Positions 1-10,144 of a stretch of 64,000 bases of DNA are shown one piece after another (position 1 is the stretch's first letter; each line of letters opens with the position of its first letter). Origin of the DNA: an uncultured cyanobacterium (GTDB lineage Bacteria; Cyanobacteriota; Cyanobacteriia; Pseudanabaenales; Pseudanabaenaceae); the NCBI GenBank assembly GCA_963703315.1, contig OY969811.1, forward strand, positions 2,592,001 to 2,656,000, in the 5' to 3' direction. The position numbers were made by a program, and so were the translations under genes. Under the pieces are notes generated by a model. It saw only the letters and a program-made list of their open reading frames with translations. It did no database searches and was not told the origin of the DNA.

Positions 1-2
1 AG

Positions 3-1127
3 GCAAAAGTAGACAATACCGAAGTAGCCACAACGGTAACTGCCTCAGCATCAACCCTACTGCGCGAACACGCCGAAAATCAATTTGCGGAAGAATTAGC
101 AGAACTAGCTAAAACCGACACAAAACAACGTCCTCCCAATTGGAAGCTATCACCCTGGGCAGTGTCTACCTATCTCCTCGGTGGCAAGCTAGATAATGGC
201 TTTGAGATTTCCCCGAAATATATTGGCAACAAACGCATCATTGAAATTGCGATCGCTACTCTCACCACCGATCGCGCTCTGCTACTATTTGGAGTTCCGG
301 GAACTGCCAAATCTTGGGTGTCGGAACATTTAGCCGCCGCTATTTCTGGCGATTCCACACTGTTGATTCAAGGCACAGCAGGAACTAGCGAAGAAGCAAT
401 CCGCTATGGTTGGAACTATGCCAGATTGCTAGCGGATGGTCCCTCGATGGCGGCACTAGTGGCGAGTCCGATGATGCGAGCAATGGCGGATGGTAAAATC
501 GCTAGAGTAGAAGAATTAACCCGCATTCCTTCTGATGTGCAAGATACTTTGATTACGATTCTTTCGGAAAAGACTTTACCGATTCCTGAACTGAATTCGG
601 AAGTACAGTCCACAAGGGGATTTAATGTCATTGCGACAGCAAATAATCGCGATCGCGGCGTAAATGAGCTATCCAGTGCGCTAAAGCGGCGCTTTAACAC
701 CGTGATTTTGCCTGTACCCGATAGCGCCGATGAAGAAGTGGATATTGTCCAGCGTCGCGTAGAAAGCCTCGGTCGCGCCCTTGAATTACCCGCCGAACCT
801 CCCGCCCTCGAAGAAGTGCGCCGCATTGTCACAATTTTCCGTGAACTGCGGAATGGCGTTACCAGTGATGGCAAAACTAAGCTCAAATCCCCCAGTGGCA
901 CACTCAGCACCGCCGAAGCAATTTCAGTGGTAAATAGTGGTTTAGCGCTGGCGGCGCACTTTGGCGATGGCTATTTACGGGCTGGGGATGTTGCCTCTAG
1001 CCTGATCGGTGCAGTGATCAAAGATCCCGTACAGGATCAGCTTGTTTGGAAAGAGTATTTAGAAACGGTGGTGAAGGAACGGGACAACTGGAAAGATTTG
1101 TATCGCGCTTGTCGGGAGGCTGATTAA
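3..1127 (+). CDS. MoxR-like AAA+ ATPase (YehL-like), 5'-partial
   Basis: Frame is open from position 3 (..LLREHAENQFAEEL..), so the true start lies upstream of the window; Walker A-like GVPGTAKS, RVEELTR, ALKRRF. Confidence 0.85.
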   Translation, partial: AKVDNTEVATTVTASASTLLREHAENQFAEELAELAKTDTKQRPPNWKLSPWAVSTYLLGGKLDNGFEISPKYIGNKRIIEIAIATLTTDRALLLFGVPGTAKSWVSEHLAAAISGDSTLLIQGTAGTSEEAIRYGWNYARLLADGPSMAALVASPMMRAMADGKIARVEELTRIPSDVQDTLITILSEKTLPIPELNSEVQSTRGFNVIATANNRDRGVNELSSALKRRFNTVILPVPDSADEEVDIVQRRVESLGRALELPAEPPALEEVRRIVTIFRELRNGVTSDGKTKLKSPSGTLSTAEAISVVNSGLALAAHFGDGYLRAGDVASSLIGAVIKDPVQDQLVWKEYLETVVKERDNWKDLYRACREAD

Positions 1128-1132
1128 ACTTA

Positions 1133-3520
1133 ATGAGCGATCGCCAAGCCTCTAGTTCTACTAGCTCTAAAACTAACGCCAACAAAGTCCATATTTTCGG
1201 CATTCGCCATCATGGATCTGGTTCAGCACGAAGTTTATGCCAAGCCCTCGAACAATTGCAACCTGATGCCATTTTGATTGAAGCACCACCTGATGCTCAA
1301 GCCCTATTGCCCTTTGTGATCAGAGAGGAAATGCAGCCGCCTGTTGCCATTCTCATCTATGCCAGCGATCGCCCCGAAAATTCCGTCTACTACCCCTTTG
1401 CGATCTTCTCTCCCGAATGGCAAGCAATTCGCTATGGACTAGAGCGAGATATTCCGATCAAGTTTATGGATTTGCCGCAAGCCCATCGTTTAGCAATTGA
1501 GGACAAAGAACAAACTGAGGTTAATCCAGAATCCGTTGAGATAGAATCAACAACAAGTTCTCAAGAAGATACAGAGCCAAATCCTGAAACAAATTCTGAG
1601 CCATTACCTGAACTAAGTACTGAATTCAACTTAAATCTCTATCGCAAAGATCCTCTCGGATGGCTAGCGGAAGTAGCAGGATTTAGTGATGGTGAGCGCT
1701 GGTGGGAATATATGGTGGAACATCGGCGCGATAGTCATGAACTTTTTGCAGCGATTTTAGAAGCGATGACGGCTTTAAGAGAAGAATTGGATGCTGACGA
1801 AGATTTGGCAGAAAGTCCAGCCGATCGCCTACTCGAACAACAGCGTGAAGCGTATATGCGCCAAACCATCCGCACTGCCCTCACCGAAGGCAAAGAACGT
1901 ATTGCTGTTGTCTGTGGCGCTTGGCACGCTCCCGCCCTCGTAAATTTACCACCTGCCAAAAATGATGCCGCTATTCTAAAGGGATTGCCCAAAATCAAAG
2001 TAGAAGCAACTTGGATTCCTTGGACTTATGGGCGGCTAGCGATCGCTAGTGGTTATGGAGCAGGTGTAATTTCCCCCGGCTGGTATGACCATCTCTGGCA
2101 TAACTTCCAATACAGTTCCAGTCAAGTCGCAATTCGCTGGATTACTCGCGTCGCCAGACTATTACGCACTAAAGATATTGATGCTTCTTCCGCAAGTGTG
2201 ATCGAAGCAGTGCGCCTCGCGGAAGCATTATCAGCAATGCGCGATCGCCCCTTAGCAGGATTACCCGAACTCAACGAAGCGATTCAATCGGTGCTGTGTT
2301 TTGGCGATCCTTTACCGATGCAGTTAATTCATAGGGAATTGATTGTCGGCGATCGCATGGGCAAAGTCCCTGACGATACGCCGATGGTTCCGTTGCAACA
2401 GGACTTAATCCGTCAGCAAAAGCGTCTCCGCCTCAAGCCCGACACCAAAACCCTAGAGCTAGATCTGCGTAATGCTAATGATTTAGAGCGATCGCATTTA
2501 CTCTATCGCCTTGCACTTATGGATATCCCTTGGGGGAGAACGCAATACAGCACAGGTAAAGGAACCTTTAAAGAAACTTGGCAGTTGCAATGGGAACCAG
2601 AATTTGCGGTCAGATTAATCGAGGCAGGTGTATGGGGACAAACGATTATCGAAGCGGCTACAGCTTTCACTCGTCACCAAGCTAATGAAGCCAAGGATTT
2701 ACCCACCCTCACTAAACTAGTCGATAAAGTCCTGCTGGCGAATCTTGGTGATGCCGCTAGTTACTTAATGGTGCGTCTCCAAGCGGAAGCGGCGATCGCT
2801 GCTGATATTTCCCATCTCATGCAAGCCGTCCCACCCCTCGCCAATCTCTTGCGCTATGGTAATGTCCGCCAAATCGATACCAGTATTGTTGCCCATGTGG
2901 TAGATGGCTTAATTACCCGTATTTGTGTTGGTCTGCCTGTTGCCTGTGCTTCTCTCAACGATGAAGCGGCGAATGCGATGTATGAATTAGCGATCGCTGT
3001 TAATCGGGCGATTGTCCTCTTACAAAATTCTGAATATGCCGAGGCATGGCATGGTGTACTTTCTCAACTCGCCAATCAATCGGGACTGCATGGACTGTTA
3101 GCGGGTTGCTGTTGTCGCTTACTTCTTGATGCAGGTGTATTTACTGCCAATGATGTAGAAACACGCATGGGGCTATTTCTATCTCTCGCTAATGAACCTA
3201 GCCAAGCCGCCGCATGGATTGAAGGTTTGCTCAAGGGTAGCGGTTTAGTTTTGCTTCATGACGATCGCCTGTGGCAAGTGTTAGATCATTGGGTTACACA
3301 ACTTCCTAAAGATAACTTTGATGTGGTTTTGCCTTTACTCCGTCGTACCTTTGCCACTTTCCCTGCACCAGAACGCCGTCAAATGGGAGAGCGCGTGAAA
3401 CGAAATCAATCTGCTCAAGGTTCTCAAAACAATCAACAGTCTCATCTTTCCAATCTCAATCGAGAGAGAGCCGAGGCAATTTTACCTGCGATCGCGCAAT
3501 TACTTGGTATTAAGCTTTGA
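1133..3520 (+). CDS. DUF5682 / YehM-like protein
   Basis: GIRHHG N-terminus, VVCGAWH, GYGAGVISPGWY motifs; directly follows the YehL-like ATPase. Confidence 0.8.
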   Translation: MSDRQASSSTSSKTNANKVHIFGIRHHGSGSARSLCQALEQLQPDAILIEAPPDAQALLPFVIREEMQPPVAILIYASDRPENSVYYPFAIFSPEWQAIRYGLERDIPIKFMDLPQAHRLAIEDKEQTEVNPESVEIESTTSSQEDTEPNPETNSEPLPELSTEFNLNLYRKDPLGWLAEVAGFSDGERWWEYMVEHRRDSHELFAAILEAMTALREELDADEDLAESPADRLLEQQREAYMRQTIRTALTEGKERIAVVCGAWHAPALVNLPPAKNDAAILKGLPKIKVEATWIPWTYGRLAIASGYGAGVISPGWYDHLWHNFQYSSSQVAIRWITRVARLLRTKDIDASSASVIEAVRLAEALSAMRDRPLAGLPELNEAIQSVLCFGDPLPMQLIHRELIVGDRMGKVPDDTPMVPLQQDLIRQQKRLRLKPDTKTLELDLRNANDLERSHLLYRLALMDIPWGRTQYSTGKGTFKETWQLQWEPEFAVRLIEAGVWGQTIIEAATAFTRHQANEAKDLPTLTKLVDKVLLANLGDAASYLMVRLQAEAAIAADISHLMQAVPPLANLLRYGNVRQIDTSIVAHVVDGLITRICVGLPVACASLNDEAANAMYELAIAVNRAIVLLQNSEYAEAWHGVLSQLANQSGLHGLLAGCCCRLLLDAGVFTANDVETRMGLFLSLANEPSQAAAWIEGLLKGSGLVLLHDDRLWQVLDHWVTQLPKDNFDVVLPLLRRTFATFPAPERRQMGERVKRNQSAQGSQNNQQSHLSNLNRERAEAILPAIAQLLGIKL

Positions 3521-3583
3521 CACTTGAGTCGAGAGAATGTCATAATAAGTGGTAAATATTCAGATTGAAGCTAGACAAAAATA

Positions 3584-3901
3584 ATGAAAAATTATTCTCA
3601 AGCTTTAAGTAATCTTGTCAAGCGCATTGTTGAAGAAATTAAGCCTTTGCGGGTTATTTTGTTTGGTTCGGTTGCGAGAAATACTATGAGCGAAGAAAGC
3701 GATATCGATCTATTGGTGGTGATGCCTGAAGGTACCCATAGAAGGCATACTGCTCAGTTGATATACAAGAATATTAGAAATATTGAAGTTCCTTTTGATG
3801 TTCTAGTTGTGACTGATCGCGATCTCGAAAAACATAAAAATTCGGCAGGGCTTATTTATCAAGAAATTCTAGCGGAAGGGATAGAAGTTTATGCCCTTTG
3901 A
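3584..3901 (+). CDS. Minimal nucleotidyltransferase (MNT) antitoxin
   Basis: LFGSVAR...SDIDLLVV (GS-x10-DxD); overlaps the HEPN gene. Confidence 0.85.
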   Translation: MKNYSQALSNLVKRIVEEIKPLRVILFGSVARNTMSEESDIDLLVVMPEGTHRRHTAQLIYKNIRNIEVPFDVLVVTDRDLEKHKNSAGLIYQEILAEGIEVYAL

Positions 3902-4283
3902 CAGCGATCGCAGTTTAGTTGAACAGTGGCTAATTTATGCGAAAAGTGATTTAGAGTTAGCGCGGGTTGATTTGCCCGATTCAGTATTGCTAGAGACTCT
4001 GTGCTATCACGCCCAGCAAGCTGCCGAAAAGTCTTTGAAAGCTGTTCTTATTTACTATTCTATTTCTGTTCCTAGAACTCATAATATTGGAACGCTGATT
4101 GATTTATTAGAAGGATATACTGATGTTCCAGAGTCAATCAGGGATATTGCAATTCTAACTGAATATGCTGTGTCTTCTCGTTACCCAGGGTTTTCAGAGC
4201 CTGTTGATCGTGATGATTATGAGGTAGCTTTGCAATTAGCCGATCGCTGCTTTTTATGGGCAAAAAGTATTATTGATCGCTAA
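3891..4283 (+). CDS. HEPN domain protein (toxin partner of MNT)
   Basis: CYHAQQAAEKSLKA, PRTHNI, SRYPG motifs. Confidence 0.85.
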   Translation: MPFDSDRSLVEQWLIYAKSDLELARVDLPDSVLLETLCYHAQQAAEKSLKAVLIYYSISVPRTHNIGTLIDLLEGYTDVPESIRDIAILTEYAVSSRYPGFSEPVDRDDYEVALQLADRCFLWAKSIIDR

Positions 4284-4454
4284 TCGCGGTGATATGCGTG
4301 ATGGTGGCGGTAATGCTTGGCTCCTACAAAATTTTGGTAGATTTAGTGAATATTTGGTTATATTTTTTGTAACGAATACCTGTTTTGGGGAATATCGCTT
4401 TATGCTGACTGGTAGGTAACTGCGGGTTTTGATGTAAATGTGAGGATGTAGGCG

Positions 4455-7400
4455 ATGAATAGGGTGATTGGAATTATGATCGCGGCTTTGTTGTCTGATT
4501 TGCCTATGCCGATCGCGATCTCTGAAAGTGTCCAAGCGCAAACAGTGCAAGACCGTAAAGCGGAGGCAGATCGACTATTAAAACAAGGTAATCAGCAATA
4601 CAATAAGAGTCAATATCAGGGAGCCTTTCAATCATGGGAGCAAGCATTACACATTTATCGAGAGATTAAAAATCGCAAAGGTGAAGCACTATCTCTCAAT
4701 AATCTGGGTGCTACATACAGAAGTATTGGACAGTACCAGAAGGCACTTGATTTCTATCAGCAAGCTTTAGCAATCCAAAAGCAAATCGGTGATCGTAATG
4801 GCGAAGCAACGTCTCTCAATAATCTGGGTCTTGCGTATGACAATATCGGACAGTACCAGAAGGCACTTGATTTCTATCAGCAAGCTTTAGCAATCCAAAA
4901 GCAAATCGGAGATCGTAAAGGTGAGGCAGTATCACTCAATAATCTGGGTGCTGCATACAAAAGTCTTGGACAGTACCAGAAAGCAATTGATTTCCATCAG
5001 CAATCCTTATTGATCAAAAAGCAAATCGGCGATCTCAATGGTGAAGCAATATCTCTCAATAATTTGGGTTCTGCATACTCTAGCCTCGGACAGTACCAGA
5101 AAGCGATTGATTTCTATCAGCAATCCTTAGCGATTAAAAAGCAAATCGGCGATCTCAATGGTGAGGCAACGTCACTCAGTAATCTGGGTCTTGCATACAG
5201 CAATCTTGGACAGTACCAGAAAGCAATTGATTTCCATCAGCAATCCTTAGCGATTAAAAAGCAAATCGGCGATCGCAATGGTGAAGCAATATCTCTCAAT
5301 AATTTGGGTTCTGCATACAGCAATCTTGGACAGTACCAGAAAGCAATTGATTTCTTTCAGCAATCCTTAGCGATCACAAAGCAAATCGGCGATCGTAATG
5401 GTGAAGCAAGGTCACTTAATAACTTGGGTCTTGCATACAGCAATCTCGGACAGTATCAGAAAGCGATTGATTTCTTTCAGCAATCCTTAGCGATCCAAAA
5501 GCAAATCGGCGATCGCAGTGGTGAAGCATCGTCACTCAATAATCTGGGTGGTGCCTACAACTATCTCGGACAGTACCAGAAAGCGATTGATTTCTATCAG
5601 CTATCCTTAGCGATCCAAAAGCAAATCGGCGATCGCAATGGTGAAGCATCGTCACTCAGTAATCTGGGTCTTGCATACAGCAACCTTGGACAGTATCAGA
5701 AAGCGATTGATTTCTATCAGCAATCCTTAGCGATCAAAAAGCAAATCGGCGATCGTAATGGTGAAGCAATTTCACTTAATAATTTGGGTAATGCATACGA
5801 AAATCTCGGACAGTACCAGAAAGCAATTGATTTCTATCAGCTATCCTTAGCAATCAAAAAGCAAATCGGCGATCGTAATAGTGAAGCAACGTCACTCAAT
5901 AATCTGGGCAGTGTATATGACAGTCTCGGACAGTACCAGAAAGCGATTGATTTCTTTCAGCAATCCTTAGCGATCGAAAAGCAAATCGGCAATCGTAATG
6001 GTGAAGCAACGTCCCTCAGCAATCTGGGTAATTTATACAGCAATCTTGGACAGTATCAAAAAGCGATTGATTTCTTTCAGCAATCCTTAGCGATTAAAAT
6101 GCAAATTGGAGATCGAAAGGGTGAAGCAACGTCACTCAATAATCTGGGTGCTGCATACAACTATCTCGCACAGTACCAGAAAGCAATTGATTTTTATCAG
6201 CAATCCTTAGCGATCCAAAAGCAAATCGGCGATCGCAATGGTGAAGCAACGTCACTCAATAATCTGGGATTTGCATACAACAATCTTGGACAGTACCAGA
6301 GCGCCATTGATTTCTATCAGCAAGCCTTAGCAATCACAAAGCAAATCGATGATCGCAATGGTGAAGCAGCGCCACTCAATAATCTGGGTACTGCATACAG
6401 AAATCTCGGACAATATCAGAGAGCCATTGATTTCTATCAGCAATCCTTAGCGATCACAAAGCAAATCGGCGATCGTGCAGGTGAAGGAATAACTCTTAGT
6501 AGAGTAGGACAATTATTTGCTCAACAAAAACAGCCCGAACTGGCGATCCTCTTTTACAAACAATCGATCAATATCCGCGAAACCATTCGCAAAGACATCA
6601 CAGGACTCAGCCAAACAGAACAAAAATCCTACCTCGCCACCATCGAAAAAGACTACCGCGCCCTCGCCGACCTCCTACTCAAACAAGACCGCATTCTCGA
6701 AGCCCAACAAGTCCTCGATTTACTCAAAGTCCAAGAACTTAGCGACTACCTCCGCACCGTGCGCGGCAACAGCCAAACCTCCCAAGGAGTCGATCTCCAA
6801 CGTCCCGAACAAAACATCATCGCCATTGCGGGTGAACTCAACCAACTGCAACAAAAAGACCGTGAAGGCAAACTAAACGAAACCGAGCAACAACGCCTCT
6901 CTCAACTTGTCCAAACCGAACGTAACCAAAATAAACAATTTAACGCCTTTCTCGACAGCCCTCAAATCAAAAAACTGATCACCGAACTCCGCCGCAACGA
7001 AGACAACCAAAATGTTGATATTGCCAAATATCGCAGATTACAAAAAGATCTCCTATCGCAATTCCCTAACGCTGTTCTGCTCTATCCCCTCATTCTCGAC
7101 GATCGCCTAGAGCTAGTCATTCTCAATGCCAATACCCCACCCCTGCGCCGCACCGTCAACATCAAACGAGAACAACTAAATCGGCTAATCATCGATTTAC
7201 GTGCAGAACTGCAAGACTCAGGCTCAGAAGACGTTAAGCGAACCTCACAGAAACTCTATAGCATTCTGATTAAGCCCTTTGAAAATGAACTCAATCAACT
7301 AAAAATCAACACGATCATCTATGCTCCTGACGGACAACTGCGCTATATTCCTCTTGCGAGTCTCTATGATGGCAAACAATGGCTAGTCGAGAAATATCGG

Positions 7401-8063
7401 GTGAATAACATCACTGCCGAGTCATTAACTGCCTTTAATAGCAAAGCGATCGCCAATCCCCGTATTTTTGCAGGAGCCTTTGGTGGTAAAGGAGGTGAAA
7501 CCCGTTCAGGCTTTAAAGGCTTACCTGCCTCAATTCCTGAAGTCCAGAAAATCACTAGCTTATTTCCGAATACTACCAATCTGATCGAAAAGGACTTTAC
7601 CAAGAAGGTGACCGCAGACAGAGCAAATTCCCATACGATTTTGCACCTTGCTACTCACGGTCAATTATTAGTTGGTACACCTGAAGATTCTTTTATTGTG
7701 TTTGGTAATGGAGATCGGGTAACGATTGGTGAACTTAAAGATTGGAAGTTGCAGAATGTCGATCTCGTAGTGCTGAGTGCCTGTCAGTCAGGACTAGGTA
7801 GCAAGTTAGGAACTGGGATTGAGGTGTTGGGTTTAGGTTATCAGATGCAAGCCGCAGGGGCGCGAGTGTCGATCGCCTCGCTCTGGACAGTCGATGATGC
7901 TGGCACGCAAGCTTTGATGGATGCTTTTTATACAGAACTCAAAAAAGGTAATCTCTCAGTAATAGAAGCCCTGAGTCGCGCTCAGATCTCTTTGATTAAG
8001 TCAGACAAATATAATCATCCTAAATACTGGTCAGCATTTTTTGCGATCGGTAATGGCTTGTAA
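4455..8063 (+). CDS. TPR-repeat + CHAT (caspase-like) domain protein
   Basis: 40-aa TPR repeats; CHAT motifs LHLATHG (His) and LSACQSG (Cys), HPKYWSAF. Confidence 0.92.
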   Translation: MNRVIGIMIAALLSDLPMPIAISESVQAQTVQDRKAEADRLLKQGNQQYNKSQYQGAFQSWEQALHIYREIKNRKGEALSLNNLGATYRSIGQYQKALDFYQQALAIQKQIGDRNGEATSLNNLGLAYDNIGQYQKALDFYQQALAIQKQIGDRKGEAVSLNNLGAAYKSLGQYQKAIDFHQQSLLIKKQIGDLNGEAISLNNLGSAYSSLGQYQKAIDFYQQSLAIKKQIGDLNGEATSLSNLGLAYSNLGQYQKAIDFHQQSLAIKKQIGDRNGEAISLNNLGSAYSNLGQYQKAIDFFQQSLAITKQIGDRNGEARSLNNLGLAYSNLGQYQKAIDFFQQSLAIQKQIGDRSGEASSLNNLGGAYNYLGQYQKAIDFYQLSLAIQKQIGDRNGEASSLSNLGLAYSNLGQYQKAIDFYQQSLAIKKQIGDRNGEAISLNNLGNAYENLGQYQKAIDFYQLSLAIKKQIGDRNSEATSLNNLGSVYDSLGQYQKAIDFFQQSLAIEKQIGNRNGEATSLSNLGNLYSNLGQYQKAIDFFQQSLAIKMQIGDRKGEATSLNNLGAAYNYLAQYQKAIDFYQQSLAIQKQIGDRNGEATSLNNLGFAYNNLGQYQSAIDFYQQALAITKQIDDRNGEAAPLNNLGTAYRNLGQYQRAIDFYQQSLAITKQIGDRAGEGITLSRVGQLFAQQKQPELAILFYKQSINIRETIRKDITGLSQTEQKSYLATIEKDYRALADLLLKQDRILEAQQVLDLLKVQELSDYLRTVRGNSQTSQGVDLQRPEQNIIAIAGELNQLQQKDREGKLNETEQQRLSQLVQTERNQNKQFNAFLDSPQIKKLITELRRNEDNQNVDIAKYRRLQKDLLSQFPNAVLLYPLILDDRLELVILNANTPPLRRTVNIKREQLNRLIIDLRAELQDSGSEDVKRTSQKLYSILIKPFENELNQLKINTIIYAPDGQLRYIPLASLYDGKQWLVEKYRVNNITAESLTAFNSKAIANPRIFAGAFGGKGGETRSGFKGLPASIPEVQKITSLFPNTTNLIEKDFTKKVTADRANSHTILHLATHGQLLVGTPEDSFIVFGNGDRVTIGELKDWKLQNVDLVVLSACQSGLGSKLGTGIEVLGLGYQMQAAGARVSIASLWTVDDAGTQALMDAFYTELKKGNLSVIEALSRAQISLIKSDKYNHPKYWSAFFAIGNGL
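4681..6480 (+). repeat. Intragenic tandem array of 15 x 120-bp TPR-coding units
   Basis: Units in exact register every 120 nt (GTGAAGCA...CAGTACCAGAAAGC.ATTGATTTC...GCAAATCGGCGATCG). Confidence 0.95.
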
Positions 8064-8065
8064 AC

Positions 8066-8099
8066 AGTAGGAAGGCAATTCATGAATTGCCTTCCTACT
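8066..8099. repeat. Perfect 34-bp palindrome (REP-like), probable bidirectional terminator
   Basis: AGTAGGAAGGCAATTCATGAATTGCCTTCCTACT between convergent genes. Confidence 0.8.
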
Positions 8100-9050
8100 C
8101 TAGATGGCTTTCGCAATCACCGTACGATGTCGGGGAGTATTCGCAATAATAGTAGGAGTTTCAAACCCTGCTGCAACTAGTTCTGATGCCAAATCAAAAG
8201 AGAAGTATTGATCGAGATAAGGTTCCGTACTTTTGAGTAAGGTCAAAATGTAAGGCGGCATTTTGATATAGATATCTGAGTAGGGATTCATATCCATAAG
8301 GGTGAAGTGACCATTGGGACGCAAGACGCGGCGAATCTCTTTAAGGATTTGGCGAGTGGCATCTTGAGGCAACTCATGAAATAGCAGGAAACAGGAAACG
8401 ATATCAAAAGAATTATCGGGCAAGCCTGTATGTTCGGCGGCGGCGTGAACCCATTTTACTTGTTGCGATTCTAGAAGTTCAGGATGCTTAGTGTGGGTGT
8501 TGTAGTTAGCGATCGCCAAAAAATGTGGTGACAAATCCAAACCCGTGATTTTGGCTTGTGGATAAGCATTATGTAATACAAAAGTACTCATGCCCACACT
8601 GCAACCAATATCGAGAATATCTTGAGGCTGCGTAGAAATCTTCTCCTTCACAATATCAATGTAACTTTGACGCAGACGGGAATCACCTTGGACTGGAGGC
8701 TGTGCATCATTCCAAATCCGTGAATGCACAGCATAGGCAGCAACTTCTACTTCCGTTGCAGGGAGCCAGCCGAGATTCCCTTCTTCGTAGGCATGGAAAT
8801 GTTTGAGGTAATATTCGGGATATTGAATACTAGGATTTTGGACTTTGGCGAGTTCGCTATCCAGATCTTGTTTTTGTAAATCTGCAACAATTTGTCTCCA
8901 GTTTACGCCCATCGACTCAGCACGTTCGATCATCATTTTGCGGGCGCGTTGCTTGGCAATATTAAATAAAGGGGCGATCGCTAAGATGCCATTAACTAAG
9001 CGGGAGGCTAGTCCAATTTTGGGGCTAGGGTTTGAAGTTGCAACAGTCAT
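8100..9050 (-). CDS. Class I SAM-dependent methyltransferase
   Basis: ILDIGCSVG, GLDLS, FDIV..FLLFHE. Confidence 0.85.
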   Translation of the reverse strand: MTVATSNPSPKIGLASRLVNGILAIAPLFNIAKQRARKMMIERAESMGVNWRQIVADLQKQDLDSELAKVQNPSIQYPEYYLKHFHAYEEGNLGWLPATEVEVAAYAVHSRIWNDAQPPVQGDSRLRQSYIDIVKEKISTQPQDILDIGCSVGMSTFVLHNAYPQAKITGLDLSPHFLAIANYNTHTKHPELLESQQVKWVHAAAEHTGLPDNSFDIVSCFLLFHELPQDATRQILKEIRRVLRPNGHFTLMDMNPYSDIYIKMPPYILTLLKSTEPYLDQYFSFDLASELVAAGFETPTIIANTPRHRTVIAKAI

Positions 9051-9081
9051 AGTTAATTAAAAAAATATAATTCGTATAATT

Positions 9082-9130
9082 CGTAAAATCGTAGATTAAC
9101 AAGCTGAGCTTGTTAATCTACGATTTTACG
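9082..9130. repeat. Perfect 23-bp-stem hairpin overlapping the 3' end of the wcaF-like gene
   Basis: CGTAAAATCGTAGATTAACAAGC-TGA-GCTTGTTAATCTACGATTTTACG. Confidence 0.85.
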
Positions 9131-9658
9131 TGACTTAATGGCGATCGCAGGATTACCACTGTAAATTGTCATCGGTTCTAGCGATCGCGTTGCCACACTG
9201 CCTAAACCTAAAACCGCACCTTGCCCCACTCTGACCCCTGCGGCAATCACTGCCCTTGCGCCGATCCAGCTTCCTGATTCGATATAAATTGGTGCAGTCC
9301 GCAGTCCAAAATCGCGATCGCACCATTCGTGATTACCCGTACATAAGTAAACACCTTGAGAAATGCAACAATGGCTTTCAATCGTGATCAGGTCAAGATT
9401 ATCGAGCCACACATCTTCTCCAATCCACACAAAATCTTTGATCACTAAGCGCCAAGGAAATTTCACCCGCACCCCAGTTTTAATGCGTACAGCTTTACCA
9501 ACTTCCGCACCAAACCAACGCAAAATATTAACTTTTAAATTAGAAAAAGGAATTAAATAACTACGCAGTAGCGGCGCTCCGATAAAGTACCAAAGCAACT
9601 GCTTGATTAGGCTTGCACCAATTCTGTATGTACCTGTTGTGTAGCGATCGAGACGCAA
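9113..9658 (-). CDS. wcaF: WcaF-family polysaccharide acetyltransferase (hexapeptide repeat)
   Basis: RVKFPWRL, ISQGVYLCTGNH, YSGNPA. Confidence 0.8.
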   Translation of the reverse strand: MRLDRYTTGTYRIGASLIKQLLWYFIGAPLLRSYLIPFSNLKVNILRWFGAEVGKAVRIKTGVRVKFPWRLVIKDFVWIGEDVWLDNLDLITIESHCCISQGVYLCTGNHEWCDRDFGLRTAPIYIESGSWIGARAVIAAGVRVGQGAVLGLGSVATRSLEPMTIYSGNPAIAIKSRKIVD

Positions 9659-9745
9659 AATTATGATCCTTGGTGATCCCTGATTTAGGATTGCTATACA
9701 ATATTAGGACTTTTCAAAGTCTTAACTAAGGGTCGAGTTTTTGCT

Positions 9746-10129
9746 ATGCAAGTTTGGGTATTGCTGTTTAACGCCAACACCGATAACGAAGGTATCTATA
9801 CTCTAGAAATTGAAGGCAAAAATATTATTGTCGCCTTTGAGCAAGAGGATGACGCAATTCGTTATGCAGGTTTATTGGAGGCACAAGATTTTTTGTCGCC
9901 TACCGTTGAAAGCATCGATAGTGAAGATTTAGAAGAATTTTGTCGAGATGCGGGTTATGACTTAAACATTGTGCCAACTGATGCACTGCTAGTTCCACCT
10001 GAAAAAAATGTTGACAAAACCGACTGGTCAAAAGACAGCGACCAAGAGCAATCACTGCCAGAGGATGAAATTGAAGTCGAAGATCCCGTAATTGCCATGA
10101 TGCGCCGTCGCTTAGAGAATCTACTGTAG
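9746..10129 (+). CDS. DUF3110 family protein
   Basis: VWVLLFNA..DNEGIYTL, FEQEDDAIRYAGLLEAQDF, RRRLENLL. Confidence 0.8.
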   Translation: MQVWVLLFNANTDNEGIYTLEIEGKNIIVAFEQEDDAIRYAGLLEAQDFLSPTVESIDSEDLEEFCRDAGYDLNIVPTDALLVPPEKNVDKTDWSKDSDQEQSLPEDEIEVEDPVIAMMRRRLENLL

Positions 10130-10144
10130 TAATTTATTCTAGGG

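Noticed and set aside
4681..6480. Regular repeats as a CRISPR array or DGR
   Set aside because: In-frame TPR-coding units with no unique spacers, cas genes or reverse transcriptase in the window.
6517..6876. Alternative-frame 119-aa ORF in a C-rich stretch
   Set aside because: Lies within the TPR-CHAT gene and is explained by codon bias.
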